This document shows, piece by piece, positions 38,706-52,989 of a DNA stretch of 64,000 nucleotides. Each line of letters starts with the position of its first letter. Positions within the stretch are counted from its first letter, which is position 1. The notes beneath the pieces are model-generated. The model had not been told where the DNA came from, did no database searches, and was given only the letters and a program-made list of their open reading frames with translations. A program made the position numbers and the translations under genes. Source of the stretch: Isurus oxyrinchus (taxonomy: Eukaryota); assembly GCA_026770705.1 (NCBI GenBank), contig JANJGN010000036.1, forward strand, positions 3,038,001-3,102,000, written 5' to 3'.

Positions 38706-40706
38706 CTGAATTGTTCGATAACTAACCTCAAGCTAACTGGGTACCGCATGAAATGGGGAAGCATGAAGATTTTACCCCCCCCCCCCCCCCCCCCCCACCC
38801 CCGTCTAGACTGAGTTAACTGACCCCAGTGGCGGTCAGAATATGTAACCAATTTTTAAGAGTGTTGAAGTACCTCAGAGCGCCACATAGTGTTTTCAAAC
38901 AGATTGAACAATATTGCACTTTAACACAAAGTTGAACGGCCATGTTATGTAACTTAGCATATTTTATGAATAAAGTTGATATTTTGGAAAACTAAAGTAT
39001 TACTCAGTCTGATCCCCTTTGTTGTTCTATGGAACGGTAGTTGGTATTGATCTCAGAGTGCATCCCTGGGAATAGCCCATAGACCACAGAGCATTGAGTC
39101 TCGGGAAGAATCTCGACAGAACGCACTGCATCCCTTTTCACAGTTTCTTCACAAAAGCGCATTGCAGCATTTAATCTACCCTGTTATACTTTTTATCAGA
39201 GATCGATAGCTTTTGTTCATTTCCTTCCTTCCCCATTCTTTGTGCGAAACTTGTAAAGTGTGTAACCATTTCGAACTCTGATCTAGGTTAAGTGACCTGA
39301 AGCATTTTGTCAATAAGCTTCATGGAAAGACATGGAATTAGTGAGGTCTCTGAAGAGAAAGAATTGCCTTTTTAAATATCAACTGCAATTATGTGTGTTT
39401 TGGATAACAGACCGCATTGGAGGACAGTAATTTGGTTTTCATCTTATGCAATACCAGCTTTTAATGGCCGTGTAATGCACTTATATGAATTTTCATGAAT
39501 GAAGCGTAATTTAGGAAAAATAAAGACTTGTCTGAAACTCCCTCAGCACCTGACAAAGCCTCATGTCTCCCGGCTGACCAAGTTTTCAAAACGATTTGAA
39601 GTTTTACACAAGGTTTTATTTATCGGTTTTGAGTTCAGTGAAATATTGCCCACTTCTCTATCTCCTCGCTGGAAAAATCTACCACTTTTACTACAATTGA
39701 AAGGAGCTGTTAATGGAAAACTGGTTGTTTGACCGCAACCTGGCTGCTGAAGTTTTGAAATTGCAACACAAATGCAGCGGTTTCTTATGCATATCCTGAC
39801 TCCTCCACAATTCATCCCTCATTCTTAGATTTAAAAACAGCAATGCTTGTTTGACATTTTTGTCTGATTACAGCTTTAATTTGCAAAGAATATTTATCCC
39901 GATTAACAGAGGTTTTAGCAGTCTATAATGATCATCTTCATTTGCAGCACTATCCCTATTATCCCTCTATCTGGAATCTCACTGTCACCTAACAATACAA
40001 ATATAATTTAAGTCTTAGGGAGTAATGCTTTCGACCGACTCTTTACCCAGGAATGAATTTGGCTGCATTGAATACGTCGCCTATAGGAAGGTGGGAAAGG
40101 AGGGAGAAGTGAATTCGATTCTATCAGCTTTCCAAAGGGATCGACTATTGGCCGGGTCACTAATATAACTATCAGGGTAAAGCATCGGAGACTCTCAGCC
40201 AGCAACAACACTATCGTAAACTGGGCTGGATAAGAGAAGTTGAGATCATTTGGGTGGAGAGAGAGAAACTGTTAAGTACCGTAGGTGGGGTGTTTGTGTG
40301 TGGCGGGGATTCGGTGGGCTGGAGAGGGTGGTTGTGCGGGTGGTTGGCGGTGTTGGCGCCAAGGACAAAGTGTCATTAACTATACATTATGTAGGCCGTC
40401 CAGGGGTGATATCCGGAAGCAAACGCCACTCAACCCAAAAAAATGGCTGCGGAAATTTAATTCGCTGTGCGCTCCTGAAAACATGACATGCGCTGGCGGC
40501 TTAGGCACGTGTAGGTCTCTGAAATGGAAGAGTGGTAGGTGATTAACACAGTTTATGTTGAAAAAAACACACGCTCCACACTCTCCTTCACCTTGAGCAA
40601 TGTCCCTCTACTGTATGCTGTCGTAAACCCTCTCTCCCTATCTCTCTCTTTTTCTCTCTCCCTCATACACACACACACACACACACACACTCAGCATGCG
40701 GAGCAT

Positions 40707-41210
40707 CCCTCACTTGTACAGGCACATTAATACGAATGTGTGAATTGCTAACTCTTACAGATATGTAGGACACAGTGATCCTCTCTATATCCCTCACTTA
40801 TACATTTACACTATCCTGAGTGTGTGAATTGCTAACTCTTACAGATATAGAGGGCACAATGATCCTCTCTATACCCCTCACTCGTACAGTTACATTATCT
40901 TGTGTATGTGCATTGCTAACACTTCCAGGTTAATTGGACACAGTAATCCTCTCGATATCCCTCAATTCTACAGGTGCATTATCCTGTAATTGTGAATTGC
41001 TAACTCTTACAGATATACAGGACACAATGATCTTCTCTATATCCCTCACTTGTACAGGTACATTATCCTGTGTGTGTGAATTTCTAACTCGTACAGATAT
41101 GCAGGGCACAATGATCCTCTCTATATCCCTCAATTGTGCAGGCACATTATACTGTATGTGTGAATTGCTAACTCTTACATATATAAAGGACACAGTGATC
41201 CTCTCCATAT
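40707..41210. repeat. Minisatellite, 6 x 84 bp
   Basis: CCCTCA unit starts at 40707, 40791, 40875, 40959, 41043 and 41127. A single copy lies at ~36665-36750. Confidence 0.92.
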
Positions 41211-41379
41211 CCTACAAGCATCGGGGAGCCTGTTTCTGCATTTTGGTTTGCAGCACAAACACTTATATCAATGATCCATTTATGCTGCAGCCCAGGCAAA
41301 TTTCAGGAAGGAGAGAATGGAGATGTAGCAATCTGGTTCACCTTCCTTTGACTATTTGTTTTTTGGAAAATATACACAG

Positions 41380-43096
41380 AAGTCGTCACGCAAGAGGAGC
41401 GGCCGGGCACGGGGGGAGGCAAGAAGTGACTACGGGAGGACCAGAGAGTATAGAGGGAAATAAAGGGCGTTGCAGCGGCCCCCTGTGGACAGGAGGTGGA
41501 AAGATCAGCAGCCATATTCTCTGAGAAAGGATCCCTACTGAAAAAGTGGTAAACGCTGATGGAACTGTTGTTCTCCTGTTTACAATAACAGCGGCCCTTT
41601 GGATCCCAACTAACATTTCGGCTCCCCTTCCAAGGCTCTCATATACAAACTTTCTTCATTCTTAACCTTCCTTCTTACCGGGCCTAACAAACCAGTGTAT
41701 TATACAAATTTCACCCATCCCCCCTCCCTTTTCTCCACTTACACTTTACACTTTCCAATCACATTATACTGACCTGGCCCCTCAGTGCCCTCATTGAGCA
41801 TGAGAACTCTGCTTTTAAAAACAGAGACAGACGTGCATTTCCAAAGCGCCTTTTACGACCTCAGGGCACCCTCTAGCGATCGGCAGTCAATTCTGATCTT
41901 TTTTTGAAATGTCATTTCCGTTTTAATGTGGGAAGCGCAGAAGTCGATTTGCACAACCATCAGTGTGACAATGGACAGATTTGACTGCCGGGTAAATTTT
42001 GGCACCAGGGCACAGAGGAGTTCTTCACTCTCGCCTGCACGTCTTCCAATGTTGGCCATGGGATTTTTGCATCCAGCTGAGATGGCTGACAGGCCTGCGA
42101 TTTCAAATCACACCTAAGAAACTACTCCTTCCACAGCATTTTCTCGGTTCTGATACTGATAGAATCAACCTCTGGAGTGGACATGAACCCACAACCCTGT
42201 TATTCGAAGGTGAGGGATGTACCAACCAAGCCAGTCAACGCCAGCCAGAAACCCAAACCACAGGATTTGTCTGATTAAACGTGTAATAGCCCTTAATACT
42301 TTGATGTTCCTAAAATCCATTTCCAGGGGCGATGTTGAACTAGAGTCATTTTGAATTCTGGGGAATAACTGATCAATTCCCTGCTCTATATTAAAGGTAA
42401 GAAAGGAAGAAAATTGAGGGAGTGTTTAACAGCGGAATGATCCATTCATCCCTGATACAGACTATCTTCCAAAGTCAATATGTTTTATTTTTAAAATATT
42501 TATACATAGGATATGGACATCGCCGGCAAGGCAAGCATTTGTTTCCCATTCCTAATTGCCCCTGAGAAGGTGGTGGTGAGCCGCGTCCTTGAGCCAATGC
42601 AGTTCCTGTGGCGAAGGTGTCCCACAAATCCATTTGACAAGAAGTTCCTGGATTTTGACCGAGAGACAAAGGAGGAATTATGTCCATGTCTGGATGCTGT
42701 GCAAATTGTAGATATTGGTGCCGCCCTTTTGCCCCTGACCTTTGAGTGGGTAGAGGTTGCAAGGTTTGAATGTGTTTTTGAAGGGCGCTTGGCGAGTTGC
42801 TGCAGTGCACATTATAGATGCTACACACTGCAGTCACTGTGCGTTGGTGCTGGAGATGATGAACATTTGAGGTTTTGGATGTGGTGTTGCTCAAACAGAC
42901 CAGCCCAGAGACAGCATGGTTATCAATCCCACATCTACGAAATAGATTGAAATGAGCAACGTTGACATAACTAATAATGAGAAAACACAAATAATTTCTC
43001 TGCCTCATAGGTCATTAATTAAATAGATCCTACTTTTCACCTTTTCTGAATGTTCAAATGTTCCGCTTTGCTGCTGTAGAGAAGTGATGGAAACAC
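41380..43096 (-). pseudogene. Second, frameshifted copy of the same putative CP (43096-43041) and TM (from 41537) exon remnants
   Basis: TTTTTCAG acceptor, then GILSQRIWLLIF/.../FISLYTLWSSRSHFLPPP. Aligns by eye with 37114-36951. Confidence 0.3.
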
Positions 43097-44914
43097 CTGA
43101 ACTGTTAGATAACTAACTTCCAGTTAACTGGCTACCGTATGAAATGGGGAAATGGGAAAATTTAATCTCTCGTTTAGACTGACTTACCTGACCCCAATGG
43201 AGGTCAGCGAAGCTAACCAGGTTGTAAGGGTGTTAAAGCACCTCAGAGTGCTACATACCGTTTTGACGGAAGTTGAACTGTATTGCCCTTTATCATAAAG
43301 TGGAATTGCAACGTTTTATGACTTATCGTATCGTATGAATAAAGTACATATTTTGGAAAGCTGAAGCATGACATCGTCTGAAGCCGTTTGTTGTCCAATG
43401 TAACGGTATTTAGTGGTTATCCCAGTGTGAATCCCTGTGAACAGCAAGTCGAGCACAGGGTCCAGCGTCACGGATGACGCCCAGGATCTTTCTCGACAAA
43501 CACCATTGCCTCTCTTTCACAGTTGCTTCAGAAAGATACATTGTAGCATTTAATTTGCCCTGTTCTCCGTTGTATCACAGGCCGATCGTTTTTCTTGATT
43601 TCCTCCGCTCCCCGCTCTTTGTGTGAAACTTGGAAAGTGAGTAAACTTTTGGAGCTCTGACCTGAAGCATTAAGTCAGAGAGATGCATGGAAAGACAAAG
43701 AGTTTGTCAGGTCTTTAGAAGACAAAGACTTGTCTTGTAAATGTCAACTCTATTTGTAAATGTGCTGAGCAACATAGAGTGCTGGAACAAACTTATTTGG
43801 TTTGCATCTAATGTAATGTCGGATATTAAGGGTCGCATAAGCACGTTTATAAATTTGTGCATTAGGAGAAAGAAAGACTTTTCTGAAACTCCCTCAGCCC
43901 CTGACAAATCTTCATGTCTCCCGCCTGCCCAAGTTTTCAAAATCATTTGAAGTTTTGCACATGCGTTTGCAAGGTTTTATTTATCGGTTTTGAGTTCAAT
44001 GAAACTTGTTCACTTCTATATCTCCTCCTTGGGAAATACACAAGGTTTAATCTAGTTGAAATGAGTTGCGAGGGGAAAGTTGACTGTTTGGCTGTAAACT
44101 GGCTGCTCAACTTTGGAAATTGCAGCGCAAATGCGGTGGATTCTTAGGCAAATTCTGTCTCCTCCACAATTCATCAGTGAGAGTTCATCGGGATTCTCAT
44201 CTGCCACCCGCCTTCTTCCTTGATCCATTTTCCAATGCAGCAAACTCCGGGGAGGCAAAGAGAGGTCCTCTCCGAGTCTGGGAAACATATTAAACATTAT
44301 AATTGAAAGTAAGTAAAAGGCAGGTCAGATAATCTCTCCAAAATTTATCAAAGCCTTACCAGGTTTTCTATGAGTCCTGTTAAAGAATGCTCAGCTGTAG
44401 CTCCACGCTGAACTTGTGGCTGCATTCGTATTCCTGCCATTTTATGTTGAAATTGTCCTCCCTTTTGATGACTTCCGGATGATTTCCCGCCCCCGCTCCC
44501 CAACCCCCCCCCCCCCCCCCCCCCCAACCCCCCCAACCCCTACTGTCTGTGCAGTAGCTTCATTCCGCCAGCAGAGGGTGGGATTGTATCAATTTAATCA
44601 AAAGATAGAGAAGCATGTTCGGGGAGAAGAGGGTTTGGCCTATTTTAATTCATTCATTCGCCCTGAGACAAAAGATCGCCCATTGTCACCATCTCGGCTG
44701 CTTCTGACATGACTTTAAGGCCTTTCACCCCCAATGCCAAATACGCACCAGAACTGATATTTTATATTTTTTGTCTTGAAATTATTTTTCTCTTTAGGTA
44801 TTTAGCTGAATTCATTTTGAAAGTTAGTATTGACAGCGGCAGCTGCGCCAAGAACACACACAGCAATGCGTGCACACACACACAAATGCACACAAAGACA
44901 CACAGATTGACACA

Positions 44915-44955
<41 letters not shown>

Positions 44956-47900
44956 CGACACATCTGCGCCTGAACAGACAGAACCTGAGTGTTCTGGTTC
45001 TCGATACCCCTCCCCCCGCTCCCTGCGCCCGCCAATGGGAAATCTTTCTCTGATCCACACTGTTTAGGGTCATAAGGAGCTTGCGGCAGAAAATGCGGCC
45101 ATATGACTCATTCCGTTGCGTCGGCCGACTTTCGAGCCAATCAACCCAGTACCACTGGACAGTATTTGGTCCAATGCACTACACGTGAAAAGACAACTTT
45201 TAAATGTGTTGAGGGTTTCTGCCTCTTCGGGAAGTGGGTTCCAGACCCAAACAACCCTCTGGGTGAATAAGAAATCCTCATCTCGCATGATTCTGAACAC
45301 GTCCATCGAATCTCTCAACCTCCTCTTCTCCAAGGTTAACACTGCCCATTTCTCCAATCTATCAATGGAACTGAGGTCCCTGGAGCAATTCGTATCAATC
45401 TTCCCCGGAACCTCTCTGATGCCTTTACATTAACGGGTAACACACAGTTCATGCTCAACCAGTGTTCATAAAGCTTCATGGTAACTTCCTTGCTTTTACA
45501 ATTTACACCACAATTTAGAAAGTCCAGGCTCTCATATGTCTTTAGCAGCTTTTTGTTTCTATACCTAAGGAAGGATTTAGCAATACACTAATTAAAATCA
45601 ATCAAAAAATTAGAGTAAAATCGATGTAAGACTGATGAAAGCGCTCTGAATGTGTTAAAAAGCGACATGGCTGAACAATGTCCTAAAGAGAGAGGCCTGG
45701 CCTTTATTTGTCTCGAATCACACATTGACCGCGAATGTCCTCAGAGCAACTTAGTGATGTGTATTTATAAAGCACTATTCATGACTTTCGGGTATCCCAA
45801 CGCATTTGACCAGTAATGGAGTAGTTTTGAGGTCCAGTCGTTATTGTTTAGACAATCGAGAAGCTCATTTCAAAGAGAAATACGGAGATAAAGACTCACA
45901 GATAAAGGGTGAGATTGTGCTGTACATATTTCAGAGTTGAAGCTGAGATAGAAGGGTTGCACAGCAGCAGATGTGAGTGAATCTTTCCCTTTTGCCTGCT
46001 GTGTAATGGAGATGTACAGGAGCTGACAGGCAACACCTCCTAATTATATAGCACCTTTAACCGTAATAAAATATCGTAAGATGTTTCACCAGGGCCTTAT
46101 GGAACAACATTTGAGACCAAGAAATTAGGCTCAATGATGAGTTTCGTCGAAGAGATCGATTTTGCAGAGCGTCTGCAATGAGGAAAGAGAGAGATAGTGA
46201 GGCAGAGATTTTGAGGGTATCAGTTCCACAGTTCGGGCTTAGGAAGCCTAAGGCACGGCCAACAATGATCACAGAATCACCGTGCACTGGCTCTCTGAAA
46301 GAGCATTTTATCTGAACCCACTACCCTGCAATATCTCCGTAATTCTGCACTTTCTTTCTTTTCTGGCAATGGGTTATCAAAGTTGGGGATCTTCAAGAAG
46401 ACAGAATTAGAGGGACACTCATATCAGAGGATTGTGGAACTGGAAGATATTTCAGGTTGGGAACAATCCTTTGGGGAAGCTATTTCCAAACTTCTACCAT
46501 CCTTCGTGGTTAGAAGTGCTTATTTTAACTCTTCTAAAGCTTTCCGACCACTATTAAACAGTAGACGGTTCCCCTAGCCCTATGTTCCCCCTGTAGTAGA
46601 AATAATTGCTCTCAATCTGCCCTATCAGTTTCCATTATTATCTTGAAAACTTTGACCAACTCAAACCTGCTTTTAAATTCCAGTAATAACGTGTGAATTG
46701 CTTCATTGCGTGTAAAGCATTCGGAAGGACTTCAACTAGTCTCCAGCCTGTGTAAAAGGTTTTTCTAAAATTCTCCAACAATTGTTTTTGTCTTGTTTTA
46801 GGCAAGGCGACGTGAGTTTGAGGTTCAAATGAAATACTCGGTGATAATTTTAATTCATTTTACTGCGGATCTGAGAACGGTTGGGAGCTGGGAGTGAAAT
46901 TCCTGCTGTCTCTCGATCTCCCTCGAGCTTTGTCTCTGTTAATTAGCGATAGGGAAACACAGCAATATGATGTCATTGACGGAGTATTTGAAAGTGCATT
47001 TCAATGAAGATTACACACAGAGAAGGTTCAGAGAGAGAGATGAAGAGACACCGAGAGAGATACAGAAACACAAAAAGATAGGGATGCAATGGCAAAATGT
47101 TCCACTGCTTTCTGTTTCCAACAATCCTCACCTGAAACAAATTGACCCCACCGTGACCCCATTCTCTGTGAGATCGTGTTGTTTGTACAGGGCCTGCGCC
47201 CTGTTCCGTTCACGGCAAGAATGCCCTCAAATTCGGAGTATGAGATTTGAGAGAAAGAAGATGCCGGGAATGGGGGGAAGGGTGAAAAAGAGAGAGAGGA
47301 ACAGAGCTAAGGAGAGAAAAATCAGATGGGGCGCGCGTTGGAGGCTTGGACGGTAGGGCAAGTAGGAACAACTTTTAATGGACTGACTGATACCGAGGGC
47401 CTAGAAATGATTTGTTAAATGTGAAGCTGCGTAAACAATTGTTATAATCACTGAATACTGTCCGTGTTGTAGGCAGAGCAGCGAATTAGACATTGACATG
47501 AAATGTGTTTTGAGGAGGGTGAGTAATTTGAATTCAGTTCATAATATTTTCTGAAAAGACTCATAAAAAAGACTTCCAAAGGGATCAGCGGCTTCTTCCC
47601 GGTTGGAAAGCGGGAGGATAGTCCTTTCTGGTGTGATTCGAGTTGGGGGGCAGGGAAGGGGGGAATGATTGTATATTATCATATTGTCGAGGTGGGGTCT
47701 TGCTGTCCACGAGTTGCCCACAGCCTCCCCTACATAAAAACATTGGTTACACTGTCCAAATTCAGTTTGCTGAGTTGTAACTCTGGATTCTCAATATAAA
47801 GCACGGCTTCAGTTTTAGGTATCGTCAATTAAAATGGTGAGATGGAAACTTCGCAGAGTGCATCTCAGCCACAATTCATCCCGAGACATGGAAAGATTTA

Positions 47901-49509
47901 TCGAGAACATTAGAAAGGGAAAGTTGAGCAGAGATGTCGGGCTAGACAGGTACAGAAAATGAGAGAGAGAGGAACAGCGAGACAAGAGACTGCACGAGAA
48001 GTGGAAGATTCAATGTCTAACATTGAATATCCAGCAGCACCAATCCTAGACTGAAAGGGTACAGCGGGATGGGGGAGGGGGTGTGGGTGCAGAGAATGGG
48101 AGAGGGATAGAGGTGAATCATCAATGTTTGACTGTTTCACCATGAGGCAGAAGATGTATCTGGAGTGGGCAGGTTTAACACACAGGGAGAGGAGCAGTCT
48201 CTGGGAGCGTAGGCTTCTATTGGGTGTGGGGGTAGGGTTCCAGTGTTTATTCATTATCCAGCTTCTGAAGTAAGGTCCCACCCCCACCCTTTCCCCTTCC
48301 AGGATGTGCTATGTATTTTATAAAAATATAAATACTGGGACAGTCATGTGGCTTTGGCACCTTCATTTAATTTGAAATCTGCTCCCATTGTCTCCTTTCA
48401 AAATCAGGGCATGCGTTATATAATGGTGACCCCTGAGATTGTGTATGTCAGTGAGTGAGAGGAGACCTGGGATCTTGCTCTGTCTTTTCGGATCCATCTA
48501 CTTGCTTTCTTTTGATCAACTTCCATGGCCTCTCTGTTCCCGAGACGAATTTATTTGGAAGCTGCCGTTTTTGCCGAGGCAAAGAGTGAATACTCTTGTG
48601 ACCAGGAATCCTCGGACAAGCGCTGTAACAGGAGGGGGAAGTAAGAATAAATGTACATATCACGTCAACATCAATTTTTCTACACGGATAGAAGTCTTAC
48701 CTCTAAGATAGCTTATGGGATGTTTACAATGAGGGGCAGGGTCTGCGGGGTGGGGCTGAGCTCAAGGGTAAGAGGATTGAGACTTGCTATTACCGAGGCA
48801 GACCAATGTAATCCTATAGATTTCAATCCCACCATCTCTTCCTGCAACTCTGCATCTCTCTTCACTTTCATTGCTATTTCCCCACATCTTCGAATTTCTC
48901 ACTCTCTTCACATCCTTCCCTCTTTCTGAACCTTTTTCTGTGGCTCTCCCCTCACCACAACCCCTTCCCCTCCGCTCCCCACCACGAATGCTATTTCTTT
49001 CACTATTTATCTCCCAACATATCACTTCATATTGCTTAATTTTTAAAAAATCGTTAACTGGATGTGGGCGTCACTGGCTAGTCCACTATTTATGGCCCCT
49101 TGAGAAGCTGCCTTCTTAAACCGCTGCAGTCCCTGTGGTATCTCTGTACTCATATTACTGTTAGGGAGGGGGTTTCAGGATTTTGAACAAGCGACAGTGT
49201 CGGACAGAATATTTCCAAGTCAGGATGTTGAGTGGTTTGGAGGGGAAATTCCAGGTAGTGGTCTTTCTACCTATCTGCTACCCTTGTCTTTCTAGATGAC
49301 AGTGGTCTTGGGTTTGGAAGGAATGTTTAAAACGAGGAGGATTTTTTAATGAAGATTTAAAATGATGAATTTCCAATAGAGACTGACTGATGATGTGAAA
49401 GTCATGTTACACAGAGCACAGAGATGGGCTGACAGGGGTGGAGTTGCAGTGGAGGACAGAAGGGTTAATAATTGCATGTCTAAAGGACAGTTGATCAATC
49501 AAATTTGGA

Positions 49510-49870
49510 CCTGTTCACATGGAAGGAGTGATTCAGGCAGGGTTCTATTCAGATAGTGGTGGAATCAGACAGGGATCTGTTCACAGGCTGGGGGAATGAT
49601 TCACGTCCGTTCACAGTGAAGGTGTGAATCAGGCAGTGATATATTCACATCGTGAGCAACAGCAGATAGGGATTTGTTCACAGGGTGGTGGGGAATCAGA
49701 CAGTGCTCTCTACACAGGGTGGGGCAATCATACAGGGAACTTTTCACACGGCCGGTGGTGAATCAGGCAATGACCTGTTCACAGGGTGGAGATCAAGGCA
49801 GGAGTTCAGTTCACAGGTAGCAGGATATCAGCTGGTGGTGGGAGATCAGACAGTTGCCTGTTCATCGGGA
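49510..49870. repeat. Degenerate ~32-33 bp tandem repeat
   Basis: Recurring GAATCAG.CAG.GA..TGTTCACAGGGTGG, about 10-11 copies. Confidence 0.7.
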
Positions 49871-49994
49871 ATGAGTGTTATCCGTGGGAAGCTTCGGAGA
49901 GAGGATTATCCAGGGGGCAGTTTCGGGTGGGGGTTAGTTATCTAGGGAGCAGCTTCGGCGGGGGTGATTTAGAAAAACCCAGGCAGCAGACTGC

Positions 49995-50660
49995 TTCGTA
50001 TGTAGGCAGACACTAGGCATGTAGGTGATGTATCTCAGAGAGTTGTGGATGGTATCAAACAGAGTGCGCCTTCTGCTGCTCACAACGGGCAAGTTACAGA
50101 CCGTGCCCGTTCTTGCAAAACTCAAACCACAGTGTCCAATGTTTGGTATCATCCCGCGACTGGACAACGTTTGCTAAATAATTATCGATGTGCAAAATAT
50201 CACACTGACAAACAATTAAGGTTGTCAGTCAGGCTCACAATGTGGTACATTTGCGTGTACCAGAAGCTACACATATTAGTACATAGAGCCTCTGACAGAC
50301 AGAAAGAACATGCACGCACATTGCGCCTTTTTGAGCTGAACAAAATAAGTGATAGACGTTCGCTGGTTCATTCCTCAGTGCAAAGCCTTGACCAATCAGA
50401 GTCAAGCTGCCCGTGTTAAATTTAAAAATATGTTTGAGAGTTAATTGTCAGTCACCATCACTGGTGCATCTTCCATGGCAAAGTCCCTACCAATAAGAAT
50501 CCACTTGCTAACCAACAGCACTCATTTCTCATTAAGTATGAGATTGTTGCTCCCCCGACATCGGGATTCTTGCTATTGCCCTGATGAGTGAAAGCTAGAA
50601 AACTTCAACAAAAGGCTTGTTTTTTCAGCGATACTCAAGTTCTGTGCTAACAAACTACTA
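49995..50660 (+). mobile_element. Penelope-like element remnant (GIY-YIG C-terminus plus terminal region)
   Basis: YVGR..SQR..DGIKQS.PS..GQRLLNN..CAK..RQKEH..LRLF. Downstream CTGATGA..GAAA at 50581. Confidence 0.65.
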
Positions 50661-52989
50661 TGCACTCTATTTCAGTACAATATGTGGCATTCTGCGTTAC
50701 TTCAATGGACTCACAGCGTGATTGGATTCACAGCTCTCATTTAACATCAAACATTTTCTGTTGCCTTGTGTTACAGAGGTAATATTGACAGTGCAGAACA
50801 TTATCAGGACACACGTAGATACGTTGTCATCTATTAAACAAGTTTCGGCACCAATCAGCTTGCACCTTTGAATAAAATGGCTTTTGACTTTTATTTTTGC
50901 TTTTAGTTTCGCACCTCCCTAACTCCCGCTAAAACCATGATCTGTGCTAACAGCTCAAATGTGTAAGGACACTCTTTGTATCACACTAACTCACCTTACT
51001 AATAGTGATTAACTGGCGTCTTCAGATTAAACATGAGTTGCAAACATAACAGGTCACTGCAAGATGCAAAACATACTTTTGAATGACCTTACAACAGCAA
51101 TTCATTTTGTGCTGCTTCCATTACCAAGTGACGTTCACACCCAGGAACGTCACGGTGGTCGGAGCGACTATAAACATCACAATTACTTGGACTGTAGGCA
51201 CTCGGCCTAAATATACAGAACAAACAAAGAATGAAAAGCCAGACAGTAACTTTTATTTTATTTATTCTTTCACAGCATGTGGACATCACTAGCTGGGTGA
51301 CCACTTATTTCCCAGCCCTAGTGGACTCTGCTGGGTCCTGTCGTAATCACAGACCCAGACATACACACGCTCACATTCTTTCGCTCTCTCTCACACGCAC
51401 ACACACAAACACACATGCTCTCCCAAACACACGCTCTCTCCCACACCCACACGCTTACACAGTCATGCTCTCTCGCACTCACAAACACTCCCACACACAC
51501 AAATACATGCGGTCTTTCACACACATGTTCTCTCATCCACACGTCCTGTCAGAAACACGATTACACACATACCCTCCTTCTCACACACGCACAGTCTCTC
51601 ACAGACACAAACGCATGCGCTGTCTCATGCACCTGCTTCCCATACGCTCTCACAGGCAAACATTCTCACACAGACACTTACATAACATCTAGGGTCACAG
51701 TGATAGTGGCCATGATTCTATATTAAACCTTCCTCTCCAGCCTTTTTCTCGCCATCCTTTCAATTCAATGTAATTGAAACTAATCGTAGGAAACTGTAAG
51801 CATTTGAAACGTGTTTACAGATGGCTCCAGTCTTTCTTAGCGTCGGTATCTTTGTCTCTTCTCTCCACTCGAGATGTTAGTTCACCGCCTTTCACCTGCG
51901 AATGTCAAGTTGTGTTTGCTTCTTGGTCTGAAATGTTGATTCTTGTGAATGCACACCCTAGATAATCAAACTCACAGACAAAAGACAGTCTTTTACAGCC
52001 TTTATTAGCCGCAGTAATACAGACCAAACCATATAGCAAATATTGAATGAATTCATCAAAGGCCTTGAAGATAAAATGTGGGAGATAATTGGTGAAGTAT
52101 GTAATAGGTCTCCATAGGTTCAGTTTGACAAAGCATTTTAAATAACAATCAAGTTAGCAAGACCACCACAATGAACGGAAGGGTTGGTGCTAATTTCCAG
52201 GGGAATTGAATTGAAAAGCAGGATAACTATATAAAACGTAAATGTAACTGTGCTTATAGCGCACACAGCATACTGTTGGCAACATGCAATTATGGCCTTG
52301 AAGCAAAGGAATAGGCTGCTCTACAACCAACACTGCGAATTTAGGAGATGCAGAGCCAGAGTTAAATGATTGAAAGAAGCTGAGAGGAGAAAGGAGACAA
52401 ATTTCAAACGCACAGTGCAGTTTCGTGCGCCATGCCACAAACTACCTTCAAAATAAATATCCAGCATGGGACGTCTTGTACCTTATCCCAAAATTGAAGT
52501 TTCTGCACATTATTCCAGCAGCTCAATAAAATCACCTCGTTTGAATGCCGCCGGGTTGTCTCGCCTCTGATAGACAGTGGTCACCTCTGAATGAACGGTT
52601 TGTGTATGAATTGAAACGTTTTACTAGATTGGATAAGCTATAATCAATTACAGCAATACTGTATGATAAATGTTCAAATGTTTCCCAATAAGCCAATGCT
52701 CCCCCAACAATGCATTGCTTCCACAACATGAAAATGGATGGACATGGAAAATGTACGCGGCCCGACCACCTCTCTTGGCCAGCACCTGCAATGGCCATGT
52801 CTGCTTATCCACCTAATCCAATATTTCCAATGTTAGACTCACGTGGTGTCTACAGCACAGAAGTATTCCATTCAGCCTTTTGTATCCGTGTTGGATCTGT
52901 GAAAGAGGAAGTCACATAGCCCACCCTCTCCCCATCCCCACCTTTTCTCCACAACCCAATAAATTATTTTTCTTTCTATCTTCTCATAA

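Larger units (their letters stand above)
35820..44175. repeat. Old tandem duplication, units ~35820-39815 and ~39817-44175
   Basis: Colinear similarity, e.g. 35821/39820, 38140/42490, 38660/43045, 39520/43870. Confidence 0.85.

Noticed and set aside
40771-40810. RSS heptamer CACAGTG in minisatellite units (also 36732, 41191)
   Set aside because: No ACAAAAACC-like nonamer at 12 or 23 bp, and no adjacent gene segment.
40934-41524. 196-aa ORF with 28-aa repeats
   Set aside because: Produced by the 84-bp minisatellite and not present in the paralogous unit.
51360-51690. His/Thr-rich and Val/Cys-rich ORFs (also 3690-3850, 44860-44950, 55700-55985)
   Set aside because: Degenerate (CA)n microsatellites.
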